Shown: one piece after another, positions 1 to 11,500 of the stretch | How positions within the stretch are numbered: position 1 is the first letter of the stretch | Layout of the letters: each line of letters opens with the position of its first letter | IMG/VR virus record: IMGVR_UViG_3300028048_000064 | Location: 64,001-128,000 of that record | Source of the DNA: a virus | Lineage: Duplodnaviria; Caudoviricetes | Length of the DNA: 64,000 nt | Strand: one strand, 5' to 3' | The notes under the pieces: generated by a model | Told to the model about the DNA's origin: nothing | The model's database searches: none | The model's input: the letters and a program-made list of their open reading frames with translations, nothing else | Translations under genes and position numbers: made by a program

Positions 1-498
1 GATGACTCATATTACGATAGGGAGAAACTTCCGGCATGGGATGTAACCTTTAAGTTCCAGATGCTGATTGATGAGGAAGCTGTTTATGAGCACATTTGGG
101 ATGGAACTGTATATCCTAAGTATGTACGTAACGGTGTTGACTTGACAAATTCAGATATTCTCTATCGAGATAAAGACCCATCTTCTTTGCATTTCAGTTA
201 TGCCATCATTCACCATATGACACATGGTAAAATTGACCTTGTTTATCATATTATCAAGCAGATTTGTGAGGTTATGAGTTATAAGTTCGAAGATAGCAAC
301 AAGTATACCAAGCGAATGAAGTATGGTGACAGAAACTACATCCTCTCGACCTATAATAAGGATTGGGTTGATATTGCAAGACAGTCATGCCTTGAAAAGA
401 CTAAGGCATATATGAATGAACTTGCACGTGAGGAAAAATATGCGGATACATTTGGACTGACTCCCGGTCAGTACGAATATATTGAGAATCGTCTTTGA
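1..498 (+). CDS. hypothetical phage protein, 5'-truncated by the window edge
   Basis: Frame is open from base 1 (DDSYYDREKLPAWDVTFKFQ) into the annotated 145-aa ORF; no family recognised. Confidence 0.6.
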   Translation, partial: DDSYYDREKLPAWDVTFKFQMLIDEEAVYEHIWDGTVYPKYVRNGVDLTNSDILYRDKDPSSLHFSYAIIHHMTHGKIDLVYHIIKQICEVMSYKFEDSNKYTKRMKYGDRNYILSTYNKDWVDIARQSCLEKTKAYMNELAREEKYADTFGLTPGQYEYIENRL

Positions 499-520
499 TT
501 CTAAAACATCTCCTTTCTCC

Positions 521-548
521 GGCTGTTCCTCAATGGAGCAGCCTTTTT
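521..548 (+). terminator. intrinsic terminator
   Basis: GGCTGTTCC-TCAAT-GGAGCAGCC followed by TTTTT. Confidence 0.7.
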
Positions 549-591
549 ATACGAACATTTTTGTTTAACAGATTAATTTTATATTTAATAA

Positions 592-2022
592 ATGAGTTCA
601 AATCGTAATGACAGAAGTACATTAGGATATCTTGGCGCTGATTTTCAATTAAAACTTGTTAAGTGTTTTTTTGAAGACCAGAAGTATTTTTCTGCGATAC
701 AGGATATAGTAGACCAAAATATGTTTAGCAATGAACATCTTAGAAGAATTGTAGGTTTCATGAAAGACCGTTATAACTTTAATGAAACTGTTACGACATA
801 TTTTGAAATGGAAACTATTATCAGAAGCAAGGTTTCTGATGCTATATCTGTTGAGCAACTGCTTGCACATATTGAGAAAATCAAGGAAATGGATTTGAGT
901 GGTATGGATTTGGTTGAGGAAGAGTCAGAGAAGTTCTTCAAACAGCAAAACCTAACCAAAGCAATCAATAAGGCACAAGACATTATTAAAAAAGGTGATT
1001 TTAGCAATTATTATGCTATTGAGGATATTGTAAAGAAAGCACTTGAAGTCAATACAAAACAAGATTTTGGTTTTAGACTATTTGATAATATTGAAAGTGA
1101 TTTGAAAGAGGATTATCGTAGTGCAATACCTACAGGTGCTGAAAAACTTGATAAAGCACTTTATGGTGGCTTGGCTAAGGGTGAGTTGGGTGTTATTGTA
1201 GCACCCCCTGGTATAGGAAAGTCATCTACTACTACAGGATTTGCTGCAAATGCTGCAATAACCAAGAATGAATATAATAACTACAACGGATATAAAGTAC
1301 TCCATTTCTTCTTTGAGGATGAAGAAATAAACATTAGACGTAAATATTATGGTTTTGTAACTGATATTGATGCTTGTACGCTTTCTTTACCTGATGTAAG
1401 ACCAATTGCAATTCAGAAACTGAATGAAGATACTGATGTCAGAAGAATGCTAAGAGAAAATGTAATTTGTGAACGTTTATCAACAGGTGAAGTAAGGGCA
1501 TCAGAAATTAAGAATAAAATCAGACAGTATATAGCAAGGGGTTTTAAACCGGACCTTATTATCATTGACTATTTTGAATGTATTAAATTCGAAAAGTCTG
1601 ATGTAGGTGACAGTGAATGGTCAAAAGAGGGTGTGACAATGCGTAAACTTGAATCTATGGCAAAGGAGTTCAATGTTGCTATGTGGGTTCCGGTGCAAGG
1701 CACACGTGACTCAATTGGAGCAGAGATAGTTGGTCTTATGCAAGCAGGTGGCTCAGTGAAAAAGACACAGATTGCACATGTGGTAATTACAATGGGTCAG
1801 ACCGACGAAATGAAGACCCAAGGCAGAGTTAATATGTTCCTTGGTAAATTCCGTGCAGGACGTATAGATAAGAATAAATTCCTGAATGTGTATCTTAATA
1901 ACGGTACTTGTAAGTTCGATATGTCTGAAATGGATGATGGGGTTGATTTACCTTATGAACAGAGACAAACAAACCGTATGAATGAAATTGCAAGGGAAAC
2001 AAAGCAAACTTATCAAAAATAA
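592..2022 (+). CDS. dnaB: DnaB/T4 gp41-like replicative helicase
   Basis: Walker A APPGIGKS, LIIIDY Walker B, catalytic FFFED, Q..R and LGKFR motifs of SF4 helicases. Confidence 0.9.
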   Translation: MSSNRNDRSTLGYLGADFQLKLVKCFFEDQKYFSAIQDIVDQNMFSNEHLRRIVGFMKDRYNFNETVTTYFEMETIIRSKVSDAISVEQLLAHIEKIKEMDLSGMDLVEEESEKFFKQQNLTKAINKAQDIIKKGDFSNYYAIEDIVKKALEVNTKQDFGFRLFDNIESDLKEDYRSAIPTGAEKLDKALYGGLAKGELGVIVAPPGIGKSSTTTGFAANAAITKNEYNNYNGYKVLHFFFEDEEINIRRKYYGFVTDIDACTLSLPDVRPIAIQKLNEDTDVRRMLRENVICERLSTGEVRASEIKNKIRQYIARGFKPDLIIIDYFECIKFEKSDVGDSEWSKEGVTMRKLESMAKEFNVAMWVPVQGTRDSIGAEIVGLMQAGGSVKKTQIAHVVITMGQTDEMKTQGRVNMFLGKFRAGRIDKNKFLNVYLNNGTCKFDMSEMDDGVDLPYEQRQTNRMNEIARETKQTYQK

Positions 2023-2210
2023 AGACAAGTAAATAGTCAAAAATTATAATTTTTAACAAACTTTTTTTATAAAATTTTTATTCTGTGTATATCAGACAGT
2101 TAGACAAAATGCATAAATTTTTCAACAAATTTTGTATGCTTTTTTGAAAAATGGAGTGATATATATTATATACCAAGTTACAGAATAAAGATTAAATATT
2201 GATATAAATT

Positions 2211-4427
2211 ATGCGTGTTTTAAAAAGAGACAAAACAACAGAGGAATTTCAGTTTGAAAAGATTGAAAGTGCAATTAAGAAAGCATTTGAGTCTTGTGAA
2301 GTACCAGTAAATCAGAAGGTTATAGAATGTATGCATAACCGTTTCAATGAAAATGATGATATTACAGTGCATGTTGAAGAAATACAAGATGCGGTTGAAG
2401 ATTGCTTAATGCAGTGGTGTCCTCCTGTAGCCAAGAAATATATCATATATAGGTATGAGCACAAAGTAATCAGAGAAAGTAATAATAAACTTTATCGTGA
2501 TATCACAAAGAAACTGATGGCAGAAGATGTACAAAATCAGAATGCTAATCTTGACGAACATTCATTTGGCGGAAGAATGGGAGAAGTTAATAGATTAGTT
2601 ATGAAAGATTACGCCTTAAAATATTGTATGTCAAGAAAATCACGCAATAATCATTTGAATAATGAAATTTACATTCATGATTTGGACTCATATGCTGCTG
2701 GTATGCATAATTGTCTTTCAATACCCTTTGATGAACTTCTTGCAAATGGCTTTAACACAAGACAAACTGATGTAAGACCAGCTAATAGTATCAATACGGC
2801 TTTTCAATTAGTTGCTGTTTTGTTCCAATTACAATCACTTCAACAGTTTGGTGGAGTAAGTGCAACGCATCTTGATTGGACTATGGTGCCATATGTTCGC
2901 AAATCATTTTACAAACATTTTGCTGTTGGTGTAGAAACTATTAATGATTGTAATATTTCAAGCAATGAATATAACGATACATTATCAATTGATGACCAAA
3001 AGTATCATGAATATGGCGAAAAATGCTACAACTATGCTTTAAATAGGACTAAAAAGGAACTTAAACAGGCAGTTGAGGGTATGTATCATAATCTTAATAC
3101 TTTGCAATCACGTAGTGGAAACCAATTACCGTTTACAAGTATTAACTATGGCACGTGTACTTTGACGGAGGGACGTATGGTAATTAAGGCTTTGTTAGAT
3201 GGTTCGTTAGCGGGCGTTGGTAAATTCCATAAGACACCAATTTTCCCTTGTGGTATTTTCCAAATGATGAAGGGTGTTAATAGAAAAGAAGGTGAACCAA
3301 ATTATGATTTATTCAAACTTGCATTAAAATCAACCTCACAGAGATTATATCCTAACTATGCTAATTGTGATTGGAGTGGCAACGCAGGGTATGATAAGAA
3401 TGACCCTAAGACATATTTTAGTACAATGGGGTGCAGAACAGCCAATGGTTTTGATATAAACGGATTAGGACAGCAGAAAGACGGACGTGGTAATATTTGT
3501 CCTGTAACTATTATTATGCCAACACTTGCAATGCAAGCAAAGGAAAAAATTGAAGAAAAGGCAATTAAAGAAGAAAGAAAATATTCAAACGACGAAGTTG
3601 TTGCTGAGTTTATGAAAATTCTTGATAAGAAGATTTCAGAGGCTAAGGACATGCTTATTGAACGTTTTGAATGGATTTGCAAACAAAGTCCTGCTTCCGC
3701 TAAGTTTATGTGGGAAAATAATACTATGGCAGGATATGTACCTGAAGAAGGTATTAGGTCAGCACTCAAGCATGGCACAATTGTGATAGGACAACTTGGT
3801 TTGGCTGAAACATTACAAGTCCTTATTCATACAGACCACACAACAGAAGATGGAATGAATCTTGCAAAGGAAATAGAAGGTTTGTTCAAGAAACGTTGTG
3901 CCGAATATAAAGAAAAATATAAATTGAATTTTGGTGTATATTACACCCCTGCTGAAAATCTTTGTTATACGGCAATGAAGAAATTCAAAGACAAGTACGG
4001 TACTATACCTAATGTTTCAGATAGGGAATATTTCACTAATTCAATGCATGTTCCTGTATGGCAAAAGATGACACCGTTTGAGAAAATTGACATCGAGTCT
4101 CAATTGACTGGCTATTCTTCGGCAGGTTGCATTACTTATGTTGAATTACCAAGTACAACAAAGAATAATATTGAAGCACTTGAAACAATTGTCAGTTATG
4201 CTATGGATAAGGATATACCTTATTTTGCTGTTAATATTCCGGTAGATAACTGTAATTCTTGCGGTTATTCGGATGAAATGGGTGATACATGTCCGATATG
4301 CGGAAGCAGCGACATTAGTAGATTAAGACGTGTAACCGGATATCTTACGGGTCACTACAAGTCGGCATTTAACTATGGTAAACAGTGTGAAACAGAAGAA
4401 AGAGTAAAACATATTGAAAAATTTTAA
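2211..4427 (+). CDS. nrdD: anaerobic (class III) ribonucleoside-triphosphate reductase with N-terminal ATP cone
   Basis: VLKRD ATP cone, IYIHDLD, HNCL and MGCRT cysteines, TPAENL, CxxC...CPxC zinc site, RRVTGY glycyl-radical motif. Confidence 0.97.
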   Translation: MRVLKRDKTTEEFQFEKIESAIKKAFESCEVPVNQKVIECMHNRFNENDDITVHVEEIQDAVEDCLMQWCPPVAKKYIIYRYEHKVIRESNNKLYRDITKKLMAEDVQNQNANLDEHSFGGRMGEVNRLVMKDYALKYCMSRKSRNNHLNNEIYIHDLDSYAAGMHNCLSIPFDELLANGFNTRQTDVRPANSINTAFQLVAVLFQLQSLQQFGGVSATHLDWTMVPYVRKSFYKHFAVGVETINDCNISSNEYNDTLSIDDQKYHEYGEKCYNYALNRTKKELKQAVEGMYHNLNTLQSRSGNQLPFTSINYGTCTLTEGRMVIKALLDGSLAGVGKFHKTPIFPCGIFQMMKGVNRKEGEPNYDLFKLALKSTSQRLYPNYANCDWSGNAGYDKNDPKTYFSTMGCRTANGFDINGLGQQKDGRGNICPVTIIMPTLAMQAKEKIEEKAIKEERKYSNDEVVAEFMKILDKKISEAKDMLIERFEWICKQSPASAKFMWENNTMAGYVPEEGIRSALKHGTIVIGQLGLAETLQVLIHTDHTTEDGMNLAKEIEGLFKKRCAEYKEKYKLNFGVYYTPAENLCYTAMKKFKDKYGTIPNVSDREYFTNSMHVPVWQKMTPFEKIDIESQLTGYSSAGCITYVELPSTTKNNIEALETIVSYAMDKDIPYFAVNIPVDNCNSCGYSDEMGDTCPICGSSDISRLRRVTGYLTGHYKSAFNYGKQCETEERVKHIEKF

Positions 4428-4925
4428 ATGAGAGTTTTAAGTATAACATATCCTGATGTAAATAATGGTTTGGGCTGTCGTGCTACTTTATGGGTAGCCG
4501 GCTGCTCACATCATTGTAAGGGTTGCCATAATAAAGAAACATGGTCATTTGAATGTGGTAAGGAATTTGATGAAGAATATAAGCAGAAATTATTTGATGT
4601 TATTTCATTACCTTATATAAAGGGTTTAACATTATCTGGTGGAGACCCATTAGACAGTTATGATGATGTTCTTTCTTTGTTAAAGGATTTTTATGAAAAA
4701 TTCGATGGCACAAAGGATGTATGGCTTTACACCGGATATACAATGAAAGAGTTGTTTGCTAATGGATGGAAAGAAATCATAAACTATGTTGATTACATAG
4801 TTGATGGGAGATATGAAGAAGATAAACGTGATGTATCTTTAGCGTTCAGAGGTTCTAAAAATCAAACAATATATGAGAAATGTGGTGAACATTTTATAAA
4901 AAGTAAATTAAACGATGGAAAATAA
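4428..4925 (+). CDS. nrdG: class III RNR activating radical-SAM protein
   Basis: NGLGCR, CSHHCKGCHN (CxxxCxxC), GLTLSGGDP, VDGRY, FRGSKNQ; abuts nrdD. Confidence 0.96.
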   Translation: MRVLSITYPDVNNGLGCRATLWVAGCSHHCKGCHNKETWSFECGKEFDEEYKQKLFDVISLPYIKGLTLSGGDPLDSYDDVLSLLKDFYEKFDGTKDVWLYTGYTMKELFANGWKEIINYVDYIVDGRYEEDKRDVSLAFRGSKNQTIYEKCGEHFIKSKLNDGK

Positions 4926-5526
4926 ATATTTAAATAAATTTTTGACTGCAATATTTGCCGGCATTGCAATTTCAATAGGCGGTTTGGCATTTCTTACAAT
5001 GGGCAATGTTATCGGCCCAATTTTATTTACATTTGGTCTTATAACAGTAGTGCATTATAAGTTGGCATTGTATACAGGAACAGTAGGCTTTCTTGAATTG
5101 GTTGGATTTAATAATCAAGTACTAACAAATTGGAAGATAATATTAACAGTTATATTAGGTAATATAATTGGGTGTGGCATAGTTGCATTATTGGCAAGTT
5201 ATGGTAATTTTACATTTGCAATCGCTGCTAATAGTATAGTAATGTCAAGACTATCACAGCCGATTATTTCTGTTATTATTAGAGCAATTGGATGTGGAAT
5301 GATTATGAGCACAGCAGTACAATTTGCAAGGGAAGGTAGATTTCTTCCTTTACTTTTTGGTGTACCTTTGTTTATATATTGTGGCTTTTATCATAGCATC
5401 GCCGATACTTTTTACTATTGCTTCTCATCCATGAAACCAACCGGTTCAATGTTATACACACTGTCTATGACTTATTTTGGAAATTATCTTGGATGCAGTG
5501 CTTATAAACTGTTTGTTAAAAAATAA
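4915..5526 (+). CDS. formate/nitrite transporter (FNT/FocA family) channel, short form
   Basis: Multi-TM protein with FNT-type motifs AGIAISIGG, LYTG, GNIIG, AIGCG, GFYHSIAD, GNYLG; overlaps the nrdG stop. Confidence 0.8.
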   Translation: MENKYLNKFLTAIFAGIAISIGGLAFLTMGNVIGPILFTFGLITVVHYKLALYTGTVGFLELVGFNNQVLTNWKIILTVILGNIIGCGIVALLASYGNFTFAIAANSIVMSRLSQPIISVIIRAIGCGMIMSTAVQFAREGRFLPLLFGVPLFIYCGFYHSIADTFYYCFSSMKPTGSMLYTLSMTYFGNYLGCSAYKLFVKK

Positions 5527-5599
5527 TACAATTCACACTTTATAAATAAAACTACGACATCTATATTTATACTATATAGGTGTTTTTATTTTATATATT

Positions 5600-5986
5600 A
5601 TGGCAAGGACACAAAAATACGGAATTAAATTCCCCATTACAGTTAAAAGTGAAGAAAAGACATTCTTTGACTTGGATAATACTGCTGGTGAGGGAATAAA
5701 ATCACAGATAATGCATCTTATCTTCACACCAATTGGGCAAAGGATAAGAAGGCCTCTTTTCGGGTCTAAACTTATACAATTTATATTCTCACCAAACGAT
5801 GGTGAAAGCTGGGGTGATGTTGTATCTGAAATTAAGGATATGGTTAAAAGAAATATTCCAAATTGCAACATTGATGATATAAATGTCTATGAGGTAAATG
5901 AAGGTTTGGGGCTTGTTGTAAGTATAAAATACAGTGTTACGGAAAACGGTGGCACAACGCAATATCAAATAATGACAAATATATAA
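5600..5986 (+). CDS. gp25-like baseplate wedge subunit
   Basis: GIKFP, LIFTPIGQRIRRPLFGS pattern of the GPW/gp25 family. Confidence 0.85.
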   Translation: MARTQKYGIKFPITVKSEEKTFFDLDNTAGEGIKSQIMHLIFTPIGQRIRRPLFGSKLIQFIFSPNDGESWGDVVSEIKDMVKRNIPNCNIDDINVYEVNEGLGLVVSIKYSVTENGGTTQYQIMTNI

Positions 5987-6001
5987 TTTTATATTAGATA
6001 A

Positions 6002-8068
6002 ATGGCAGAAAACAGAATACAATATTCAGCAAGAAATTATGATGATTTTAGAAAATCCATTATAGATATTTCAAAAAAATACTATCCAGACATTTCTAAT
6101 AGTTGGGATGATGCGTCTATTGGAAGTTGGCTGACAGACGTTTTCGCTGATGTGGCCGATGCCATCAATTATCATATTGACAGAACATATCAGGAAACAT
6201 CAGTTAATGCAGCCGGCCAGAGGAAGTCATTACTTAATATTGCAAGGAATAATGGTGTAAAGGTTCCGGGTAAGAAAGCTGCTATTGTTGAGGTAGAGTT
6301 ATCATGTGAGTTACCTTTATATACACAGGGTAACACATCTAATGGTGACTTGAGTCAAGCAGATGAGAATTATGCACCTTATATTAAGAGGGGTACATTA
6401 TTTTCAACCGGTCTTGTAACGTTTGAATTAATTCATGATGTTGATTTCACACAGCAGTTTGATGAGGATGGTATTTCAAACAGACAGATAATTCCAAATC
6501 ATGATTCGAATGGTAATATTGTAAGTTATACATATAAGAAGTTAGGAATTGCAGTTGCCGGCCAGAGCAAGGTATTCAAGCAGATTATTACGAATAAAGA
6601 CATAAAACCATTTATGAGTATATTGCTACAAGATAGCGACATACTTGGTGTTGAGAGTATCATTGTAAAGAAAGGTACAGATTTATCAACTAATCCGGCA
6701 ATTACTGATTATAGTGTTGATGAGGAAACATTTACAAGAACGAAAAACGGTAATGAAGAAACAATTAACCGTTATTTTGAAGTCGATAACCTTGTTGACC
6801 AATACAGATTTGGATATGAAATCGAAGAGGTTACAGATGATGATGGTAACACTATTAGATACAATCCTGTTTGGGAAAAAGAAACAACTGAATATGTAAT
6901 TGCCAAAATTGGTAACGAATATAAAGAAGTTAAACTTGATAATCCTATTGTAATCAGACAAATAGCCAAGGGTAAATGGAAACGTCTTAAGAACAAGTTT
7001 GTTACTGAATTTACTGACAATGGTTCATTGAAAATCACATTTGGCGCTGGCTTAAAGAACCAATATGGTACTATTCCAACAGAAGCCAAGCAATTTACTC
7101 AATATATTATGTCACGTATGGCAGCTAATGACTATATGGGTGTATTACCTGAAACGGATACAACTATGTATATTCTTTATAGAGTTGGTGGTGGTGAACA
7201 GAGTAACATTGCAAAGGATACACTTACAAATATCACCAATTTGAGCATGACAATTGAAGGAAACTGTGATGATGGTGATGATGCAAGAAAGAAGAGGGAC
7301 GTACAGAATTCATTGTCTGTAACGAATACAACTCCGTCTTATGGTGGTAAGGATGAACCGTCTGATGAGGAATTAAGACAACTTATCAAGTATAATGCCG
7401 GTGCTAAGAACAGATGCGTTACATTGCATGACTATGAAGCAAGGATTATTGAACTTCCTGCTAAGTATGGAACACCATTCAGATGCGGTGTTGTTGAAGA
7501 GAACAACAAAGTAGTTATTTATACACTTGGTTTAGATGCTGAGGGTCATCTTGAAAGCAAATTATCAGAATATGTTGCTAAGAACATCAAGGAATATCTT
7601 TCAATGTACAAGATGATTAATGATTTTGTTGAGATACGTTCCGGAAAGATTATTAATGTGGCTTTTGAGATTGACATCTATATTGAAAAGTCATATGATA
7701 AGGCCGATGTAACCAAGAAGGTCATTGAAATGGTTCAAAACTATATGGATGTGCGTGCCCATTTAATGGGTCAGGAAATTTTCCTTGGCGATTTGGAGAA
7801 AGAAATCTCAAAGATGGATGGTGTTAAGAATCTTATTGAGTTAAGGGTATATAATAAAGTTGGCAAAGGGTATTCAGATGATGCAACAACTCAGCAACTT
7901 ATTGATGCCAATGACTGTTGTTACAGTGAATATTCAGAAGGTGACGGTAATTATGACAACAGAATTGACTTGAAAGCAAGCGATAAAATACTGTTTACAG
8001 ATGCCAATAGTATGATTGAGGTTAAATATCCGAATAAAGATATTGTAGTTAATGTTCGTCAAAGATAG
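6002..8068 (+). CDS. baseplate wedge protein (T4 gp6/baseplate-J-like)
   Basis: YSARNYDDFR N-terminus, ITFGAG, YRVGGG, GGKDEPS..ELR, NRCVTLHDY motifs; follows the gp25-like gene. Confidence 0.85.
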   Translation: MAENRIQYSARNYDDFRKSIIDISKKYYPDISNSWDDASIGSWLTDVFADVADAINYHIDRTYQETSVNAAGQRKSLLNIARNNGVKVPGKKAAIVEVELSCELPLYTQGNTSNGDLSQADENYAPYIKRGTLFSTGLVTFELIHDVDFTQQFDEDGISNRQIIPNHDSNGNIVSYTYKKLGIAVAGQSKVFKQIITNKDIKPFMSILLQDSDILGVESIIVKKGTDLSTNPAITDYSVDEETFTRTKNGNEETINRYFEVDNLVDQYRFGYEIEEVTDDDGNTIRYNPVWEKETTEYVIAKIGNEYKEVKLDNPIVIRQIAKGKWKRLKNKFVTEFTDNGSLKITFGAGLKNQYGTIPTEAKQFTQYIMSRMAANDYMGVLPETDTTMYILYRVGGGEQSNIAKDTLTNITNLSMTIEGNCDDGDDARKKRDVQNSLSVTNTTPSYGGKDEPSDEELRQLIKYNAGAKNRCVTLHDYEARIIELPAKYGTPFRCGVVEENNKVVIYTLGLDAEGHLESKLSEYVAKNIKEYLSMYKMINDFVEIRSGKIINVAFEIDIYIEKSYDKADVTKKVIEMVQNYMDVRAHLMGQEIFLGDLEKEISKMDGVKNLIELRVYNKVGKGYSDDATTQQLIDANDCCYSEYSEGDGNYDNRIDLKASDKILFTDANSMIEVKYPNKDIVVNVRQR

Positions 8069-8142
8069 CTTTTTGTGAATTAACTATATATTTATACATG
8101 ACAAAAGGATTTTTTTTCTACATAGTTTTTAATTGATTTTTT

Positions 8143-8176
8143 CCACCCTTGCATGGTATTGCTGGGGTGGTTTTTT
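8143..8176 (+). terminator. intrinsic terminator
   Basis: CCACCC...GGGTGG stem followed by TTTTTT. Confidence 0.6.
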
Positions 8177-8233
8177 ATTGAAAAAATACATATTTTTAGT
8201 TATATTAATAATAATATAAAGTACTTTATTTTT

Positions 8234-8491
8234 ATGAGTTGTAATTGTAAGAACAAATATAAAGGATTTGAGAAACTTGCTTATGGCGGCAAATCAACAG
8301 ATGAAAAGAAAAAGTTCAATTGGTTTGAAAAAATATTGAAAGTTTTGCTTCAGATAGGGTTTGGAATTTTAAGTGGCGCTGTAATTATTATTATGGTAGT
8401 GCCAATGCTTGTGTATATCATTGGATGTCTTATTTTGGGCAAAGAGGCACATTTCAATATCAAGAACATAACAAAGAAGCAGAAGAAATAA
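8234..8491 (+). CDS. small membrane protein with N-terminal MSCNC motif
   Basis: Start moved to ATG 8234; one long hydrophobic segment and a basic tail. Confidence 0.6.
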   Translation: MSCNCKNKYKGFEKLAYGGKSTDEKKKFNWFEKILKVLLQIGFGILSGAVIIIMVVPMLVYIIGCLILGKEAHFNIKNITKKQKK

Positions 8492-8511
8492 GCAGGTTTT
8501 AAACAGGATTC

Positions 8512-11500
8512 ATGGCAGAAAATTATAAATCATATCGTATTCGTACCAATGTTGGTCAGGATTCTCCAAATGTAATCAATGTACAACTTGACCAAACATA
8601 TGATGCATTTGAAATATTGTCATTGAAGATTGACAGTGATAATGCATATAATCTATTTCAATCAGATAAGGGTATTATTGTTGGCCGTGTATTGGCTAAT
8701 GGCGGATTTGGTGTGCCTAATGCCAAAATCTCGATTTTCATACCTACTGATGATACTATGGATATGGAAAAACATATTCTTTATCCTTATTCATCAGTGA
8801 ATGATACAAATAATGACAGAATACGTTATAATCTTCTACCGGATGAGAAAGATGAGGCATGTTATCAAAATGTCGGTACATTCCCAAATAAACGTTATGT
8901 GCTTGATAATGATGATGTAATTGAGGTATTTGACCGTTTTTGGAAGTATACAACAGTTACAAACAGTGCCGGTGACTATATGATGTATGGTATACCAACC
9001 GGTAGTCAGACATTGCATGCAGATATTGATTTATCGGATATTGGATTGTTGTCAGTCAGACCAATTGATATGATGTACAAAGGATTTAATATCAATCAGT
9101 TTGAAAGCCCGAATAAATTCAAACAAGATACTAATTTAAATAGTCTTGCACAGATTAAGACACAAGATGTAGGCGTATTTGTTTATCCTTTCTGGGGTGA
9201 TAGTACTGATAATCCTGAGAACATTGCAGTTACACGTTGTGATATTCAAGTTGATTATAAGTTTGAGCCAACATGTGTATTTATTGGCAGCATTATAACA
9301 GATACAGGTAGTAATGCTATTGGTAAGAACTGTGCAGGCACAGATGAAGTTGGTAAAATGTCTGACTTAGTGGCCGGTGAAGGTTCTATTGAAATGATAC
9401 GAAAAACCTTTGACGGTAAGGTTGAACAATTTCAGATTAAGGGTAATCGTGTAATTGATGGTGACGGAGTGTGGTGTTATCAGATACCGATGAACCTTGA
9501 TTATGTGATGACTGATGAATATGGAAACCTTGTACCAAGTGACAATCCTGATAAGGGTATCCCTACAAGAGCAAGGGTTAGATTTAGAATTTCATTGGAT
9601 GATGCCATAAGTGACAGTACTGCAAGGAAGAGATGTAAATATCTTGTCCCTAACAATCCACGTATGGATGAGGAACGTTTTCCTGAGTTCTACAAGTCAC
9701 ATGAGGCCGATTATGAATTTGGCAGCAATACAAAGGAAGAAAGTTATTGTGACTTATTCTGGAATAAGGTTTATTCTGTGAAAAACTATATTCCGAGAAT
9801 ACAGAAGAATACCAAGATTACAAATAGAAAACATACTGGTATTAAGTTGATTAACCATTATGGTGATAATAACCCAATGCCGTATAATAATCTTAGTCTG
9901 AAACTTTCATTTACATATAGGTTTATCTGTGTATTAACAAAGATATTCATATTGTTGGTGACATTCCTTAATGGAATTATTACATTGTTGGCCGCAGTTC
10001 CATGTATCCTTTATTCGCTGTTTCAGACAATTGCGGATTTGTTTAATTCAATGCGTATCAGAATTAGGGCATTTGGTAAGACGCTTATTGATATTTGTCT
10101 TGGATGCCCTATTGGTGCGGTATTTCAGACTTTTGCCGATTTGTTTCATGCAATTATTCCATCGTGTATTGCAATTTCATCTGATTTCTGTGCAGGTGAT
10201 GTAACACACGCATATACTTATTATTCAGGTTGCGGTAGATTTCTCGGCATAAGAATGTCATGGTTATCTTGTGCTTGGGATGTGACACAAGATAGGCATA
10301 ATGAAGAGCAAGCAGAACTTGATAACCCGGAAGACAGAACAACAGCACAAAACGAGAATGCTGAGCTATATAACTGTGTTGAAAGTGAATTGGCTGAAAG
10401 TAATGATGCTGCATCATTTAATTTCCAAAATGACTGGATAAATGGTAGCCTTTATGCGCCGTTGTGGTTTAGAAAGATTACTCCGAAGAAAAAATTCCTT
10501 TTTGGTACAATTACTCGTAAGGCAAAGGATGAGTGGTGTTCTTCAGACCATGTATATACAGGTAGTTTAAGACTATATTATCCTTGTGCTGTCAATAGAA
10601 ACGGTAATCAGTCATATACTAACCATAATGGTGATATTGAGAATGCAAGGTATATGAATGCTGACACTGGTTGTGGCGATGACTGTCATACAAATTACAC
10701 ACCGGTAGGTTTGAACAACGGTCTTATTTTGACAAGGCAGACAATGCTTGGTCAAACTGTATATTATTACAAGGCAGTTGAATATGATGCCACTATAAAG
10801 GATATAAAACTTTTGTTTGCAAGTGACATCATATTGTTGGGTAGTTTAAATGATTGTGACTTAAATGGTGTTCCACAATTCTTTAAATCTCTTGAGTCTT
10901 CAACATATAAACTTCCGTCAAACATGCTATTTACTGATAATGAAATTAAAATATCATTTAGCCCTGATGGTAAACAAGTTAAGAGTGTTGACCAAGTAAG
11001 TCATACTGAAATGACAGGTAATGACTGGGGAAACTCAAATGATGATATGTGTAATGGCGATGACGGCGGCTTATTCTACGATATTGGTTGTTCTTCCATT
11101 GAACTTGAACCAAAGTCATGTATTAACCTTTCACGTATTTGTGAGTTTGGCGTATCGTTGGATGAAGCAAAACAAGTTCCTGACTTGGCAGCATTACAGT
11201 CAGATGAAACAGGTAATAGCTCATTCTCAACACTGATTCCAGACGGTTTTATTTCAAAGGATGAACTTTACAATGATGATTGGAGAAGTATGTTTGCTAC
11301 AATGAATGGTAATGAATTGAAGACTAAACTCAATAAGGAGAATGGTCTTAAAGAGTATGACTTCAGATATTTGTATGTAGACAACTTTGATAATTCATTG
11401 CAGTCTGAAATGCGTAATTCTCAGCGAAATTGTGGTGATTACACATATAGGAATAACTATAAACTTGAAATGTTTAGCCCTGGTTATTATGATTTCAGAA

